A DNA stretch of 64,000 bases from IMG/VR virus record IMGVR_UViG_3300021295_000001; one strand, 5' to 3'. The DNA is from a virus. Taxonomy: Duplodnaviria > Caudoviricetes. Position 1 is the first letter of the stretch. Each line of letters opens with the position of its first letter. This document shows positions 63,715 to 64,000 of this stretch, one piece after another. The notes below the pieces were generated by a model. It saw only the letters and a program-made list of their open reading frames with translations. It searched no databases and was not told where the DNA came from. The position numbers were made by a program, and so were the translations under genes.

Positions 63715-63777
63715 GGGGTCCGACGGGGCCCCTTTTCGCATGCTAAATTACGTGACGTATACGAAGGAGGGAACCGC

Positions 63778-64000
63778 ATGGACTGGACTCAGGGAATAAT
63801 CGCTTTGCTCATAGGCCTCTGCGGTCTCGTCGGCGCTGGCGTCGCCGTTTGGTTCGCCGTCAAGGCGAAGGTCTCCGAGGTCAAGGGAAAGTCCCTTGCC
63901 GAACAGTGGGCCTTCGTGATGGAGGTCGCGGATTCCGCGATGAAGGAAGCCGAGGCCACCGCAAAGAAGGGCAAAGGCAAGAAGGAGATGGTCATACAGG
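63778..64000 (+). CDS. holin (LL-H-like), 3' partial
   Basis: TGCTAAATT at 63741, AAGGAGG RBS; TM segment followed by AM.EAE....G..KKE.V. Confidence 0.7.
   Translation, partial: MDWTQGIIALLIGLCGLVGAGVAVWFAVKAKVSEVKGKSLAEQWAFVMEVADSAMKEAEATAKKGKGKKEMVIQ

Noticed and set aside
1-64000. Many long overlapping or antisense ORFs in the track (e.g. 7384..8307 -, 17833..18855 -, 20978..22141 +, 39833..40882 +)
   Set aside because: Shadow ORFs caused by high GC3 codon bias; no RBS and Arg/Gly-rich or Val/Leu-rich artefactual composition

Overview
This 64 kb window is a fragment of a large lytic-looking tailed dsDNA phage genome. It is GC-rich, uses the standard genetic code and has Bacillota-style RBSs and sigma70/sigmaA promoters. 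Layout: (1) 1-15 kb, early/accessory genes with 10 tRNAs, tRNA-interspersed structured spacers, HAD and metallophosphoesterases, and a SipW-like peptidase plus secreted-protein cassette; (2) 15-38 kb, a late block with a very acidic 1281-aa modular protein and a large cluster of tail-fibre/adhesin genes built from shared modules; (3) 39-51 kb, a minus-strand array of about 33 small genes containing several paralogous families, a nicotinamidase and an ASCH protein; (4) 51-64 kb, late genes including a class-3 lipase whose 3' half appears to have been replaced by a homing-endonuclease cassette, a ~1320-aa polyvalent protein (ART-like to SWIM), tail fibre and holins. The main observations are two apparent virion polyproteins with cargo domains joined by hydrophobic-X-Glu (T4 gp21-like) protease linkers, a phage-specific late promoter TGCTAAATT, an intronless HEG that carries its own replacement target-gene half, apparent genome-wide exclusion of GATC/AGCT/CCGG (including in tRNAs), and several unannotated structured RNAs. 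All product calls come from motif recognition by eye; no database searches were run.
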